From: an uncultured Desulfobacteraceae bacterium
GTDB taxonomy: Bacteria > Desulfobacterota > Desulfobacteria > Desulfobacterales > JAABSP01
DNA: 35,488 bases
Reading direction: 5' to 3'
Assembly (NCBI GenBank): GCA_964396575.1
Contig: CAYNGG010000001.1
Span: forward strand, 1-35,488
Shown here: one piece after another, positions 24,045 through 32,992 of the stretch
Numbering within the stretch: position 1 is the stretch's first letter
Layout of the letters: each line of letters begins with the position of its first letter
The notes under the pieces: generated by a model
Told to the model about the DNA's origin: nothing
The model's database searches: none
Seen by the model: only the letters and a program-made list of their open reading frames with translations
Translations under genes and position numbers: made by a program

Positions 24045-24539
24045 TTGTACAGGCAGGATACGGAAGACAACCAGTTGATCGATAAGGTCGTCCACATCAG
24101 CCGGGTGGCGAAAGTGGTCAAGGGCGGCCGACGCTTCAGCTTCAGCGCCATCGTGGTGGTCGGTGACGGCCAGGGCTCGGTCGGTTTTGGCCTCGGCAAG
24201 GCCGGGGAAGTCCCCGAAGCCATCCGCAAAGGGGTGGAGCGTGCCAAGAAGGAGATGATCGAGGTGCCCCTGATCGAGGGGACGATCCCCTTCGAGGTGC
24301 TGGGCCGGTTCGGTGCCGGGCGGGTCCTGTTGAAGCCGGCTTCCGAGGGGACCGGCGTGATCGCCGGCGGCGCGGTTCGCGCCGTTCTCGAAGCGGCCGG
24401 CGTCCAGAACATCTTGACCAAGTGCATGGGCACCAACAACCCCCACAATGTGGTGAAAGCGACCTTGGCGGGGCTGTCCATGTTGCAGAGCCGTGAGGAT
24501 GTCGCGGCCCGGCGCGGACGGACCGCCGCGGAGCTCTGA
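24045..24539 (+). CDS. rpsE: 30S ribosomal protein S5 (TTG start)
   Basis: [36 protein letters not shown] is canonical S5. TTG at 24045 lies 6 nt after GAAGGAGG (24031-24038). Confidence 0.96.
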   Translation: MYRQDTEDNQLIDKVVHISRVAKVVKGGRRFSFSAIVVVGDGQGSVGFGLGKAGEVPEAIRKGVERAKKEMIEVPLIEGTIPFEVLGRFGAGRVLLKPASEGTGVIAGGAVRAVLEAAGVQNILTKCMGTNNPHNVVKATLAGLSMLQSREDVAARRGRTAAEL

Positions 24540-24571
24540 TCGGCTCTGGAGACGGGAAGGAGAGGGCAGAC

Positions 24572-24760
24572 ATGTTGAAAGTGACACTGGTCAAGAGCAT
24601 GATCGGGCGGCCGGAAAAGCATCGGAAGGTCCTTCGAGGGATGGGATTGACGCGGATGAACCGAACGGTCACCTTGCTGGATACCCCCGCGATTCGGGGG
24701 ATGATCAATACGGTAAGCCACTTGGTGAAAGCGGAGGAGACGACGGATGAAGTTGCATGA
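24572..24760 (+). CDS. rpmD: 50S ribosomal protein L30
   Basis: [24 protein letters not shown] is canonical L30. Confidence 0.96.
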   Translation: MLKVTLVKSMIGRPEKHRKVLRGMGLTRMNRTVTLLDTPAIRGMINTVSHLVKAEETTDEVA

Positions 24761-25205
24761 GCTCAAGCCCGCCGAGGGCTCGCGGAAACGGCGAAAGCGG
24801 ATTGGCCGCGGGGTCGGTTCCGGGCACGGCACGACGGCCGGACGGGGCACCAAGGGTCAGAATGCCCGGTCAGGTGGCGGCATTCGTCCCGGCTACGAGG
24901 GCGGACAGATGCCCATTCACCGGCGATTGCCCAAGCGCGGGTTCACCAACATCTTCAAAACGGAGTACGCCATCGTCAACGTCGGCGACTTGACCCGCTT
25001 CGAAAGTGGCGCCGTGGTGGATGCGGCCGCCCTGATAGCGTCGGGCCTGGTCAAGGGACGATATGACGGCATCAAGCTGCTGGCCAACGGTGATCTATCG
25101 ACCTCGCTGACGGTCCAGGTCGATCGCGTAAGCCGGGCCGCACGGGAGAAAATCGAGGCGGCCGGCGGGACCGTGGAGCTTCCGGCGGCGCCGGCAGAGG
25201 TATAA
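24747..25205 (+). CDS. rplO: 50S ribosomal protein L15
   Basis: [34 protein letters not shown] is canonical L15. 14-nt overlap with rpmD, with a GGAGGAG RBS inside the rpmD 3' end. Confidence 0.97.
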   Translation: MKLHELKPAEGSRKRRKRIGRGVGSGHGTTAGRGTKGQNARSGGGIRPGYEGGQMPIHRRLPKRGFTNIFKTEYAIVNVGDLTRFESGAVVDAAALIASGLVKGRYDGIKLLANGDLSTSLTVQVDRVSRAAREKIEAAGGTVELPAAPAEV

Positions 25206-25207
25206 GC

Positions 25208-26524
25208 ATGGTCGGCACCGGATTTCAGAACATCTTCAAGATCCCCGAGCTCAAACGCCGGATTTTTTATACCCTGGCCTTGCTGGCGGTTTACCGGATC
25301 GGCGTCCATGTGCCGACGCCGGGCATTGATGCCGCCGCGCTGGCGGATTTTTTCGAGCGGGCCCAAGGCACTCTGCTGGGCCTCTTCGACATGTTCTCCG
25401 GTGGAGCCTTGGAACGGCTGTCGGTCTTCGCCCTCGGGATCATGCCCTACATCAGCGCATCCATTATTCTTCAGCTTTTGAAGGTGGTTATTCCTCACCT
25501 GGAGCAGTTGTCCAAAGAGGGGGAGCAAGGCCGGAAGAAGATCACCCAGTACACCCGATACGGGACGGTGATTCTGAGCATCATCCAGGGCTTCGGCATC
25601 AGCTTCGGGCTGGAGAGCATGAGCGCTCCCGGCGGGGCGCCGATAGTTATCAATCCCGGGTGGGGGTTCCGGATCATGACGGTGATCACCCTGACGGCCG
25701 GCACCTCGTTTATCATGTGGCTCGGCGAGCAGATCACCGAGCGGGGGATCGGCAACGGGATTTCCCTGATTATTTTCGCTGGGATCGTCGCCGGGATGCC
25801 AGCCGCCATCGCCAACAGCTTCCGTCTGATCTCCACGGGCGAGCTTAACATTTTCACGGCGGTGATGCTGCTGGTCCTGATGGTCGCGGTGGTGGGGTTC
25901 ATCGTGTTCATGGAAACCGGCCAGCGCCGGATTCCGGTGCAATATGCCAAGCGGGTGGTGGGCCGGCGGATGTACGGCGGGCAGTCAACCCACCTGCCCC
26001 TCAAGATCAACACCTCCGGCGTTATTCCACCAATTTTCGCCTCATCGATCATTATGTTTCCGGCGACGTTGGCTTCCTTTATCAAGGTCCCATGGATGCA
26101 GACCATTGCCAACTCCATGATGCCGGGGAACCTGATTTACGAGACGCTCTTTGTCGGATTTATCTTTTTCTTCTGCTATTTTTACACCGCCGTCACCTTT
26201 AATCCGGTGGACGTGGCTGAGAACATGAAGAAGCATGGCGGCTACATTCCGGGGATCCGGCCCGGCAAGCGGACCGCCGATTACATCGACCGCGTGCTGA
26301 CTCGGATCACTCTGGGCGGTGCCATCTACGTTTCGGCCATTTGCGTGCTGCCGTCGATTCTCATCAGCCGGTTTCATGTTCCTTTCTATTTCGGCGGCAC
26401 CGCGCTGCTTATCGTGGTTGGGGTGTCGATCGACACGATTTCTCAGATGGAGTCCCACATGCTGACCCGCCATTACGAAGGGTTTCTGAAAAAGGGGGGC
26501 GGGCGGATCAAGGGGCGCAGGTAA
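25208..26524 (+). CDS. secY: Preprotein translocase subunit SecY (438 aa)
   Basis: Multi-TM protein with conserved SecY blocks ([41 protein letters not shown]...[20 protein letters not shown]). Confidence 0.98.
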   Translation: MVGTGFQNIFKIPELKRRIFYTLALLAVYRIGVHVPTPGIDAAALADFFERAQGTLLGLFDMFSGGALERLSVFALGIMPYISASIILQLLKVVIPHLEQLSKEGEQGRKKITQYTRYGTVILSIIQGFGISFGLESMSAPGGAPIVINPGWGFRIMTVITLTAGTSFIMWLGEQITERGIGNGISLIIFAGIVAGMPAAIANSFRLISTGELNIFTAVMLLVLMVAVVGFIVFMETGQRRIPVQYAKRVVGRRMYGGQSTHLPLKINTSGVIPPIFASSIIMFPATLASFIKVPWMQTIANSMMPGNLIYETLFVGFIFFFCYFYTAVTFNPVDVAENMKKHGGYIPGIRPGKRTADYIDRVLTRITLGGAIYVSAICVLPSILISRFHVPFYFGGTALLIVVGVSIDTISQMESHMLTRHYEGFLKKGGGRIKGRR

Positions 26525-26582
26525 GCCGAAGGACCTTATTAGATTCAGATTTAACTGATCGATCCGACGAGGAAGCTTCTGA

Positions 26583-26603
26583 CGGGGGCCCAGTGCGCCC
26601 CCG
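26583..26603 (+). other. GC-rich 7-bp hairpin in the secY-infA spacer
   Basis: CGGGGGC-CCAGTGC-GCCCCCG with no following T-run. Function unknown (processing, attenuation or stability element). Confidence 0.35.
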
Positions 26604-26631
26604 ACTGACATGAACGCAGGGAGCGCAGAAT

Positions 26632-26850
26632 ATGGCAAAGGAAGAGCCGATCAAAGTTCAGGGCACGGTGATCGAGACACTGCCCAACGCGATGTTCCGC
26701 GTCGAGCTGGAGAACAAGCACCAGATTCTGGCCCACATCTCCGGGAAGATGCGTATGCACTTCATCAAGATTCTGCCGGGCGACTCGGTGACCGTTGAGC
26801 TGTCGCCCTACGATCTCACCCGGGGACGAATCACCTACAGATCCAAATAG
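26632..26850 (+). CDS. infA: Translation initiation factor IF-1
   Basis: [66 protein letters not shown] is canonical IF-1. Confidence 0.98.
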   Translation: MAKEEPIKVQGTVIETLPNAMFRVELENKHQILAHISGKMRMHFIKILPGDSVTVELSPYDLTRGRITYRSK

Positions 26851-26873
26851 CGCTTTTGTGAAGGAGACGAGCC

Positions 26874-26987
26874 ATGAAAGTCAGGGCATCGGTGAAAAAG
26901 ATGTGCAGCAAGTGCAAGGTGATCCGCAGACGCGGGATCGTCCGGGTGATCTGCACCAACAAACGGCATAAACAGCGGCAGGGATAG
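26874..26987 (+). CDS. rpmJ: 50S ribosomal protein L36 (37 aa, zinc form)
   Basis: Not in the ORF track because it is too short. Manual translation: [46 protein letters not shown] at 26861-26866. Canonical infA-rpmJ-rpsM order. Confidence 0.95.
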   Translation: MKVRASVKKMCSKCKVIRRRGIVRVICTNKRHKQRQG

Positions 26988-26995
26988 GAGGGACC

Positions 26996-27379
26996 GTGGC
27001 ACGTATCGCAGGCGTGGACTTGCCCCGAAGCAAGCGCATCGAGATTGGGCTGACCTATATCTACGGAATCGGCCGGACCACCTCGCGGGAGATCCTCGAT
27101 CGGCTGAACATCGATTACGGCAAGCCGACCGATGATCTGAGCGGCGAGGAGATCAACCTGATCCGGAAGATTATCGACGGCGATTACAAAGTAGAAGGCG
27201 AGCTTCGGACTGAAGTGTCGATGAACATCAAGCGGCTCATGGACCTCGGCTGCTACCGGGGGCTTCGCCACCGGCGGTCGCTGCCCGTCCGAGGACAGCG
27301 CACGAGCACCAATGCCCGGACTCGAAAGGGGCCGCGTCGGGCCGCCGTCAAGAAGAAGGGCGGCGCCAAGAAGAAATAA
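26996..27379 (+). CDS. rpsM: 30S ribosomal protein S13 (GTG start)
   Basis: (M)[23 protein letters not shown] is canonical S13. GTG lies 4 nt after AGGAGG (26986-26991). Confidence 0.97.
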   Translation: MARIAGVDLPRSKRIEIGLTYIYGIGRTTSREILDRLNIDYGKPTDDLSGEEINLIRKIIDGDYKVEGELRTEVSMNIKRLMDLGCYRGLRHRRSLPVRGQRTSTNARTRKGPRRAAVKKKGGAKKK

Positions 27380-27412
27380 CCCGTTACCGAACGATAGGGG
27401 AATATCCGACCC

Positions 27413-27799
27413 ATGCCGAGAAGAACCCGTACCAAGAAAAAGGAAAAAAAGAATATTGCCAGTGGGGTGGTCCACATCCAGTCAACTTTCAACAACACCA
27501 TCGTGACCATTACCGATCCGGGGGGAAACCTCGTGTCGTGGTCCAGTGCCGGAGTCCAGGGCTTTAAGGGGTCTCGAAAGAGTACCCCCTTTGCCGCTCA
27601 GCTCGCGGCCGAGGACGCGGCCCGGAAGGCGATGGAGCACGGGATGCGGAATGTTGAGGTTTACGTTAAGGGCCCCGGATCGGGGCGTGAATCGGCCCTT
27701 CGCTCCCTGCAATCGACGGGATTGACCGTCGTAATGATCAAGGATGTCACCCCGATACCCCACAATGGCTGCCGCCCGCCCAAGCGGCGCAGAGTCTAG
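27413..27799 (+). CDS. rpsK: 30S ribosomal protein S11
   Basis: [19 protein letters not shown]...[19 protein letters not shown] is canonical S11. Confidence 0.98.
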   Translation: MPRRTRTKKKEKKNIASGVVHIQSTFNNTIVTITDPGGNLVSWSSAGVQGFKGSRKSTPFAAQLAAEDAARKAMEHGMRNVEVYVKGPGSGRESALRSLQSTGLTVVMIKDVTPIPHNGCRPPKRRRV

Positions 27800-27817
27800 C
27801 GGAAGGAGGACCTAGTC

Positions 27818-28447
27818 TTGTCAAGATATCGAGGATCGGTCTGTCGGCTCTGCCGGCGTGAGAACATGAAGCTCTTTTTGAAGGGAGATCGCTGCTATTC
27901 GGACAAATGTGCCTTTGATCGCCGTGGCTATCCGCCGGGCGTCCATGGGCAGCGCCGCCGGGGCAAGATTTCCGATTACGGAGTCCAGCTTCGGGAGAAG
28001 CAGAAGGTCAAGCGGATGTACGGACTTTCGGAGAAGCAGTTCCACCTCTTCTTTGTCCGGGCTGAACAGCAGAAGGGGATCACCGGTACCAATCTTCTGG
28101 TATCGCTGGAGCGCCGGCTCGACAATGTGGTTTACCGGCTTGGGTTTGTCAACTCCCGGAGCCAGGGGCGTCATTTCGTCCGGCACAACCATTTCACGGT
28201 CAACGGAAAGAAGGTCAATATCCCTTCCGCTCTGATACGGATCGACGATGTGGTGGAGGTCCGGGAGAAAAGCCGGAGCATCGGCGCCATTCAGGATGCC
28301 CTCGAAGCGGTGGTGCGCCGCGGGATTCCGCAGTGGCTGGAGCTTGAAAAGGATCACATGCGGGGGATCGTCAAAGCGTATCCGATCCGTGAGGATCTGA
28401 CCATGCCGATGCAGGAGCAGCTAGTCGTCGAGCTGTACTCCAAGTAG
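27818..28447 (+). CDS. rpsD: 30S ribosomal protein S4 (TTG start)
   Basis: (M)SRYRGSVCRLCRRE..KLFLKGDRCYS.KCA... is S4 with its N-terminal Cys cluster. TTG at 27818 follows GGAAGGAGG (27801-27809). Confidence 0.96.
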   Translation: MSRYRGSVCRLCRRENMKLFLKGDRCYSDKCAFDRRGYPPGVHGQRRRGKISDYGVQLREKQKVKRMYGLSEKQFHLFFVRAEQQKGITGTNLLVSLERRLDNVVYRLGFVNSRSQGRHFVRHNHFTVNGKKVNIPSALIRIDDVVEVREKSRSIGAIQDALEAVVRRGIPQWLELEKDHMRGIVKAYPIREDLTMPMQEQLVVELYSK

Positions 28448-28521
28448 TTCTCCGACCGCCTCTATCGTGCCGACGTTTTATCTGGCAAAATGCATTCCGA
28501 CTTAATCTGGAGTGATTCATA

Positions 28522-29547
28522 ATGTCCTCAAATGAGCTAATGTACATGAACTGGCAGGAGATCATCCGGCCGGAGCGGGTACATGTCGAGACCTCCACTT
28601 CTGAATACGGCAAGTTCGTCTGTGAGCCGCTGGAGCGGGGGTATGGCATCACCGTGGGAAACTCCTTGCGACGGATCATCCTGTCTTCCCTGTACGGCGC
28701 GGCCATTGTATCGGTGAAATTCGATTCGGTGATGCACGAGTTCAGTGTCATCCCGGGCGTGATTGAGGACGTCTCCGAAATCATCTTGAACCTCAAGGAA
28801 GTTCGACTGAAGATCGCCGAAGCCCAGCCCCGGACGCTCAATATCGACGTGACCGGACCGGCGACCGCTACGGCGGCGGACATCCTAGCCGAGGGGGCGG
28901 CGGTCGAGATTCTCAATCCCGACCAGCACATCGCCACACTGGCCGAGGGCGCTCGGCTCCAGATGACCCTCACCGTCAAGGTGGGCAAGGGGTATGCGCT
29001 GTCCGAGGCCAACAAGGATGACAGCGCGCCGGTGGGAACCATTCCCATTGATGCCGTCTTTTCGCCCATCAAGCGAGTCAGCTACGTGGTGGGAAACGCC
29101 CGGGTGGGTCAGAAGACCGATTACGACAAGCTGACCATGGAAGTCTGGACCGACGGCAGCGTATTCCCCGAAGATGCCGTGGCCTATGCGGCCAAGATCC
29201 TTAAGGAGACGATGTCGATTTTCATCAATTTCGACGAGAACCTTGAGCCCGAGCCCGAGCCGTCGGACGAGGATGAGGAGACGCCCGAGTTCAACGAGAA
29301 CCTTTACCGCAGCGTCGAAGAGCTCGAGCTGTCGGTCCGCAGTGCCAACTGCCTTAAAAACGCCAACATCAACAAGATCTACCAATTGGTCAGCAAGACC
29401 GAGAGCGAGATGCTCAAAACCAAAAATTTTGGCCGAAAATCCCTAAACGAGATCAAGGACGTGCTTTCGGAGATGGGCCTGAATCTCGGCATGAAGCTCG
29501 ACGGGTTCGAGCCCCCTGAAGAAGAAGATACGGAGGAAGGAGAGTAG
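28522..29547 (+). CDS. rpoA: DNA-directed RNA polymerase subunit alpha (341 aa)
   Basis: Conserved NTD (GYG.T.GN.LRR.LLSS..GAA) and CTD (ELELSVRSANCLKNANI..I..LV...E.E.L...NFG.KSL.EIK). Confidence 0.98.
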   Translation: MSSNELMYMNWQEIIRPERVHVETSTSEYGKFVCEPLERGYGITVGNSLRRIILSSLYGAAIVSVKFDSVMHEFSVIPGVIEDVSEIILNLKEVRLKIAEAQPRTLNIDVTGPATATAADILAEGAAVEILNPDQHIATLAEGARLQMTLTVKVGKGYALSEANKDDSAPVGTIPIDAVFSPIKRVSYVVGNARVGQKTDYDKLTMEVWTDGSVFPEDAVAYAAKILKETMSIFINFDENLEPEPEPSDEDEETPEFNENLYRSVEELELSVRSANCLKNANINKIYQLVSKTESEMLKTKNFGRKSLNEIKDVLSEMGLNLGMKLDGFEPPEEEDTEEGE

Positions 29548-29553
29548 GTTTCC

Positions 29554-30021
29554 ATGAGACATCGAAAAAGCGGCGTCAAGCTTAACCGAACGGACAGTCA
29601 CCGGAAGGCGATGTTTCGCAATATGGTGACCTCGCTCTTTAAATACGATCGCATCCGGACCACTCATGCCAAGGCTAAAGCGTTGCGGAGCTGGGCTGAT
29701 CATCTGGTGACCCTGGCCAAGCGGGGCGATCTTCACGCCCGGCGCCAGGCCCTCGCCATTGTGCGGGAAAAGGATGTGGTCCACCGCCTCTTTGCCGAGG
29801 CCCCCCAACGGTTCGCCGGAAGCGCCGGCGGCTATACCCGGGTTATCAAGGAAGGCCGGCGGGTCGGGGATGCGGCCCCCATTTCCATCGTGGAGCTGGT
29901 GGGGACCAAATCAGAGCCGACGCAAAAGAAAAAGCCGGCCAAAAAGGCGACCCCCGCCCCCAAATCATCCCCGGCGGGCACCGGCGGTTCCGCCACGGAT
30001 GCGACCCCGACAGGCAGTTGA
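29554..30021 (+). CDS. rplQ: 50S ribosomal protein L17 (155 aa, with K/P/A-rich C-terminal tail)
   Basis: MRHRKSG.KLNR...HRKAM.RNM..SL...RI.TT..KAK is canonical L17. The last 35 aa or so are low complexity. Confidence 0.97.
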   Translation: MRHRKSGVKLNRTDSHRKAMFRNMVTSLFKYDRIRTTHAKAKALRSWADHLVTLAKRGDLHARRQALAIVREKDVVHRLFAEAPQRFAGSAGGYTRVIKEGRRVGDAAPISIVELVGTKSEPTQKKKPAKKATPAPKSSPAGTGGSATDATPTGS

Positions 30022-30062
30022 TCCGACGGCCCCCGTCCGGGTTCGCCCCCAGGCTTTCAAAA

Positions 30063-30098
30063 GCCCCGCTTGCGCCCCATTGCAAGCCGGGGCTTTTT
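30063..30098 (+). terminator. Rho-independent terminator closing the alpha operon
   Basis: GCCCCGCTTGC (30063-30073) pairs with GCAAGC(C)GGGGC (30082-30093). That is 11 bp with one bulged C and an 8-nt loop, followed by TTTTT (30094-30098). An upstream AAAA run could also make it bidirectional. Confidence 0.85.
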
Positions 30099-30189
30099 CA
30101 TTCCAGGGGGAGGCCGGAAAGGGGGATCATCGGCAAAGCGCCGGGCCGACAACGGCGTCTTTACGCCCTGATGGAGAAAGGAGCAAAGG

Positions 30190-31017
30190 ATGACACCGAT
30201 TCCCGTGATGGTCAACGGTATCCCCGGCAAAATGGCCGCTACGGTGGCCGAGCATGTAAACCGGGACGAACGATTCCGACTCGCGCCCGCGGCCCTCACC
30301 GGCCCTGAGATCACCGAGCTGTCGTGGACGGTGGACGGCACTTCCGTTCAACTGATCCAACCCGCGGACCGGGAGACCGTGCTTGATCGTCTGGAGGCCG
30401 GGACTCTGTGCGTGGACTACACCCATCCGGCGGCGGTCAATGACAACGCCCGGTTTTACTGCGCTCACGGCCTGCCGTTTGTCATGGGGACCACCGGCGG
30501 AGATCGGGATGACTTGGCCCGGACCGTGGCCAATTCCGACACGGCGGCGGTCATCGCCCCCAACATGGCGAAACAGATTGTCGGGTTCGGGGCGATGATG
30601 GCCTGGGCCGCCGAGACGTTCCCCGGTCTTTTCAGCGGCTATAACCTGACCATCCGGGAGAGCCATCAGCAGGGAAAGGCTGACACCAGCGGCACCGCCA
30701 AGGCCATGGTCCAGTCCTTCAACGGGCTGGGGATTCCGTTTTCCGCCGACCGGATCGAAAAGGTCCGGGACCCCGAGGTCCAGGTCCGGGAATTCGGGAT
30801 TCCGTCCGAGCACCTGGACGGCCACGGCTGGCACACCTACACCCTCGTCTCTCCGGACGAGACGGTCCGCTTCACCTTTACCCACAACGTCAACGGCCGG
30901 GACATTTACGCCCGGGGGACCCTCGACGCGGTGGCCTTTCTGGCAAACCGGGTCCGGGAAGGGGTTCGGGGGACGGTCTTTTCCATGATCGATGTGCTGA
31001 AAGGGGGTGAACGATGA
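30190..31017 (+). CDS. dapB: 4-hydroxy-tetrahydrodipicolinate reductase family protein, variant (plant-type-like) clade (275 aa)
   Basis: DapB hallmarks are present. These are an N-terminal dinucleotide-binding VNGIPGKMA, VMGTTGG, APNMAKQ, and the catalytic block ESHQQGKADTSGTA (canonical E.HH.K.DAPSGTA). AAAGGAG RBS at 30176-30182. Confidence 0.8.
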   Translation: MTPIPVMVNGIPGKMAATVAEHVNRDERFRLAPAALTGPEITELSWTVDGTSVQLIQPADRETVLDRLEAGTLCVDYTHPAAVNDNARFYCAHGLPFVMGTTGGDRDDLARTVANSDTAAVIAPNMAKQIVGFGAMMAWAAETFPGLFSGYNLTIRESHQQGKADTSGTAKAMVQSFNGLGIPFSADRIEKVRDPEVQVREFGIPSEHLDGHGWHTYTLVSPDETVRFTFTHNVNGRDIYARGTLDAVAFLANRVREGVRGTVFSMIDVLKGGER

Positions 31018-32780
31018 AGGGATGGGGCCGAGTCGTATGGGTCGTTGCCGCCGTGCTTTTCTGGGCCGGGGCGGTCGGGGCGGATGAGCAGTTTCCGGGG
31101 CCGGGGTGGTCCGACCGGCCGGACCCGCTGGCCAGCTCCCAAGCCCGGGTCGGTGGCGAGATCACCGTTTTTGCCAGCCAGTATCCCAAGAGCCTCAACT
31201 ATTATCTGGACAACAACGTTCTGTCGGCGGAAATCTTCGGGGCGATGTACGAGACCTTGCTGGACATGCATCCGACGACCCTGGCCTATGAGCCTGGCCT
31301 GGCCGACCGGTGGACTATCTCCGACGACAAAAAAACGTTTACCTTCCACATCGATTCCGACGCCCGATGGAGCGACGGCTCGCCGATCACCGCCGAGGAT
31401 GTCCGGTGGACCTGGGCCGCCATTGTACATCCCAAGCACCTCACCGGCCCTCACAAGGTCGATATGGAACGGTTCGAGCCGCCCGAGGTGATCGATGAGC
31501 GGACGATCCGGTTCACCGCTAAAACCGTCCACTGGAAAAACCTCGGCGCGGCCGGCGGCTTTCACATCCTCCCCTCGGCCGCTTTCAAGTCCTTGGATTT
31601 CAATGACATTCATTTCGAGTTTCCGGTGGTTTCAGGGGCCTACCGGCTGGGGGAGATCGATGAGGGGGTCAGCGTCACCCTCCAGCGGCGGGATGACTGG
31701 TGGCGTCGGGGAAGAAAGCGGGTGGAGGGCATCGGAAACTTTTCGAGCATCCGCTTCCGGTTCTACGCTGAACAGGAAAACGCCTTCGAGGCGTTCAAAA
31801 AGGGGCATATCGACCTCTATCCCATCTACACCTCCCGGCTCTGGGTCAACGAGACCACGGGGGAGAAATTTTTAAACAACTGGATCGTCAAGCAGAAGGT
31901 TTACAACCACCAGCCGGTCGGCTTCCAGGGGTTTGCCATGAACATGCGCCGGCCGCCCTTTGACGATGCGCGGGTCCGGAAGGCCATGGCTCACCTGCTG
32001 GACCGGAAGAAGATGAACCGGACCTTGATGTACAACCAGTATTTTCTTCACCGATCCTACTACGAGGACCTCTATTCCGACGACCATCCCTGCCCCAACC
32101 CGGTTATCGAGATGGCCCCGGAAAAGGCTCGGGCCCTGCTCCGGGATGCCGGATGGCGGGTCGATCCGGAGACCGGCTATCTGGAAAAGGACGGAAAGCG
32201 ATTTTCTTTCCGGTTTCTCACCCGGAGCAGCTCGGCCGACAAGTTTTTGGCCATCTATGCCGAGGACCTCAAGGATGTCGGCATCGAGCTGATCATCGAC
32301 AAAAAGGACTGGGCCGCCTGGGCCAAGGATATGGACGACCTCAACTACGAGATGACCTGGGCCGCCTGGAGCGCCGGGGTCTTCAAGGACCCGGAGGGGA
32401 TGTGGTCTTCGGCCGAGGCCGAGCGGAAGGGGGGCAACAATATAACCGGCTTTTCCGACTCCCGGGTGGACCAGTTGATCGAAAAGCAGAAGTCGATCTT
32501 CGATGTCCGGAAGCGAAACGAGATCTGCCGGCAAATCGACCAGATTGTTTACGAGGCCTATCCATACGTTTTGCTCTGGAACATCAACTACACCCGGCTG
32601 CTTTACTGGAACAAGTTTGGGACGCCGGAGACCGTCCTGTCGAAGTACGGCGACGAGCGAAGCGCCTACTGGTACTGGTGGATGGACCCCGACGCGGCCG
32701 CTGAGCTGTCCGATGCCGTCTCCGAGGGGATTCCGATGATGCCGAGGCCGGCCACGGTCCGATTTGATAAGGTCTTCTAA
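31014..32780 (+). CDS. ABC transporter substrate-binding protein, family 5 (peptide/nickel/opine type), 588 aa with signal peptide
   Basis: N-terminal hydrophobic signal (VVWVVAAVLFWAGAVGA). Typical SBP_bac_5 blocks (LADRWTISDDKKTFTFHIDSDARWSDGSPITAEDVRWTW). Size and layout resemble YejA/OppA-like proteins. ATGA overlap with dapB. Confidence 0.8.
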   Translation: MKGWGRVVWVVAAVLFWAGAVGADEQFPGPGWSDRPDPLASSQARVGGEITVFASQYPKSLNYYLDNNVLSAEIFGAMYETLLDMHPTTLAYEPGLADRWTISDDKKTFTFHIDSDARWSDGSPITAEDVRWTWAAIVHPKHLTGPHKVDMERFEPPEVIDERTIRFTAKTVHWKNLGAAGGFHILPSAAFKSLDFNDIHFEFPVVSGAYRLGEIDEGVSVTLQRRDDWWRRGRKRVEGIGNFSSIRFRFYAEQENAFEAFKKGHIDLYPIYTSRLWVNETTGEKFLNNWIVKQKVYNHQPVGFQGFAMNMRRPPFDDARVRKAMAHLLDRKKMNRTLMYNQYFLHRSYYEDLYSDDHPCPNPVIEMAPEKARALLRDAGWRVDPETGYLEKDGKRFSFRFLTRSSSADKFLAIYAEDLKDVGIELIIDKKDWAAWAKDMDDLNYEMTWAAWSAGVFKDPEGMWSSAEAERKGGNNITGFSDSRVDQLIEKQKSIFDVRKRNEICRQIDQIVYEAYPYVLLWNINYTRLLYWNKFGTPETVLSKYGDERSAYWYWWMDPDAAAELSDAVSEGIPMMPRPATVRFDKVF

Positions 32781-32962
32781 TCGGGTGGCGGCTCATCCTC
32801 AGACGGCGATGGGGCGGGGGCTCGGACCGTCTCGTTAATGGTCCCGTAAACCGTTCGGAACAGCTCGGGAAAGGCGGTGGGCGAAACCCGGCCGATCTCG
32901 ATGAATTTGACGACGATCTCCTTGGAGGCGCGAAGGATTTGCTCGTCGAGTGATGCGCCCAT
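32777..32962 (-). CDS. Small hypothetical protein (61 aa), downstream of map
   Basis: ATG preceded by a strong GAGGAG RBS with a 6-nt spacer, 30 nt after the map stop on the same strand. GC3-rich frame. One predicted helical segment followed by an acidic Pro-rich tail (APAPSPSEDEPPPD). No family recognised. Confidence 0.55.
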   Translation of the reverse strand: MGASLDEQILRASKEIVVKFIEIGRVSPTAFPELFRTVYGTINETVRAPAPSPSEDEPPPD

Positions 32963-32992
32963 GGATGGCTCCTCTGCCCGCGTCCCCGCGCC

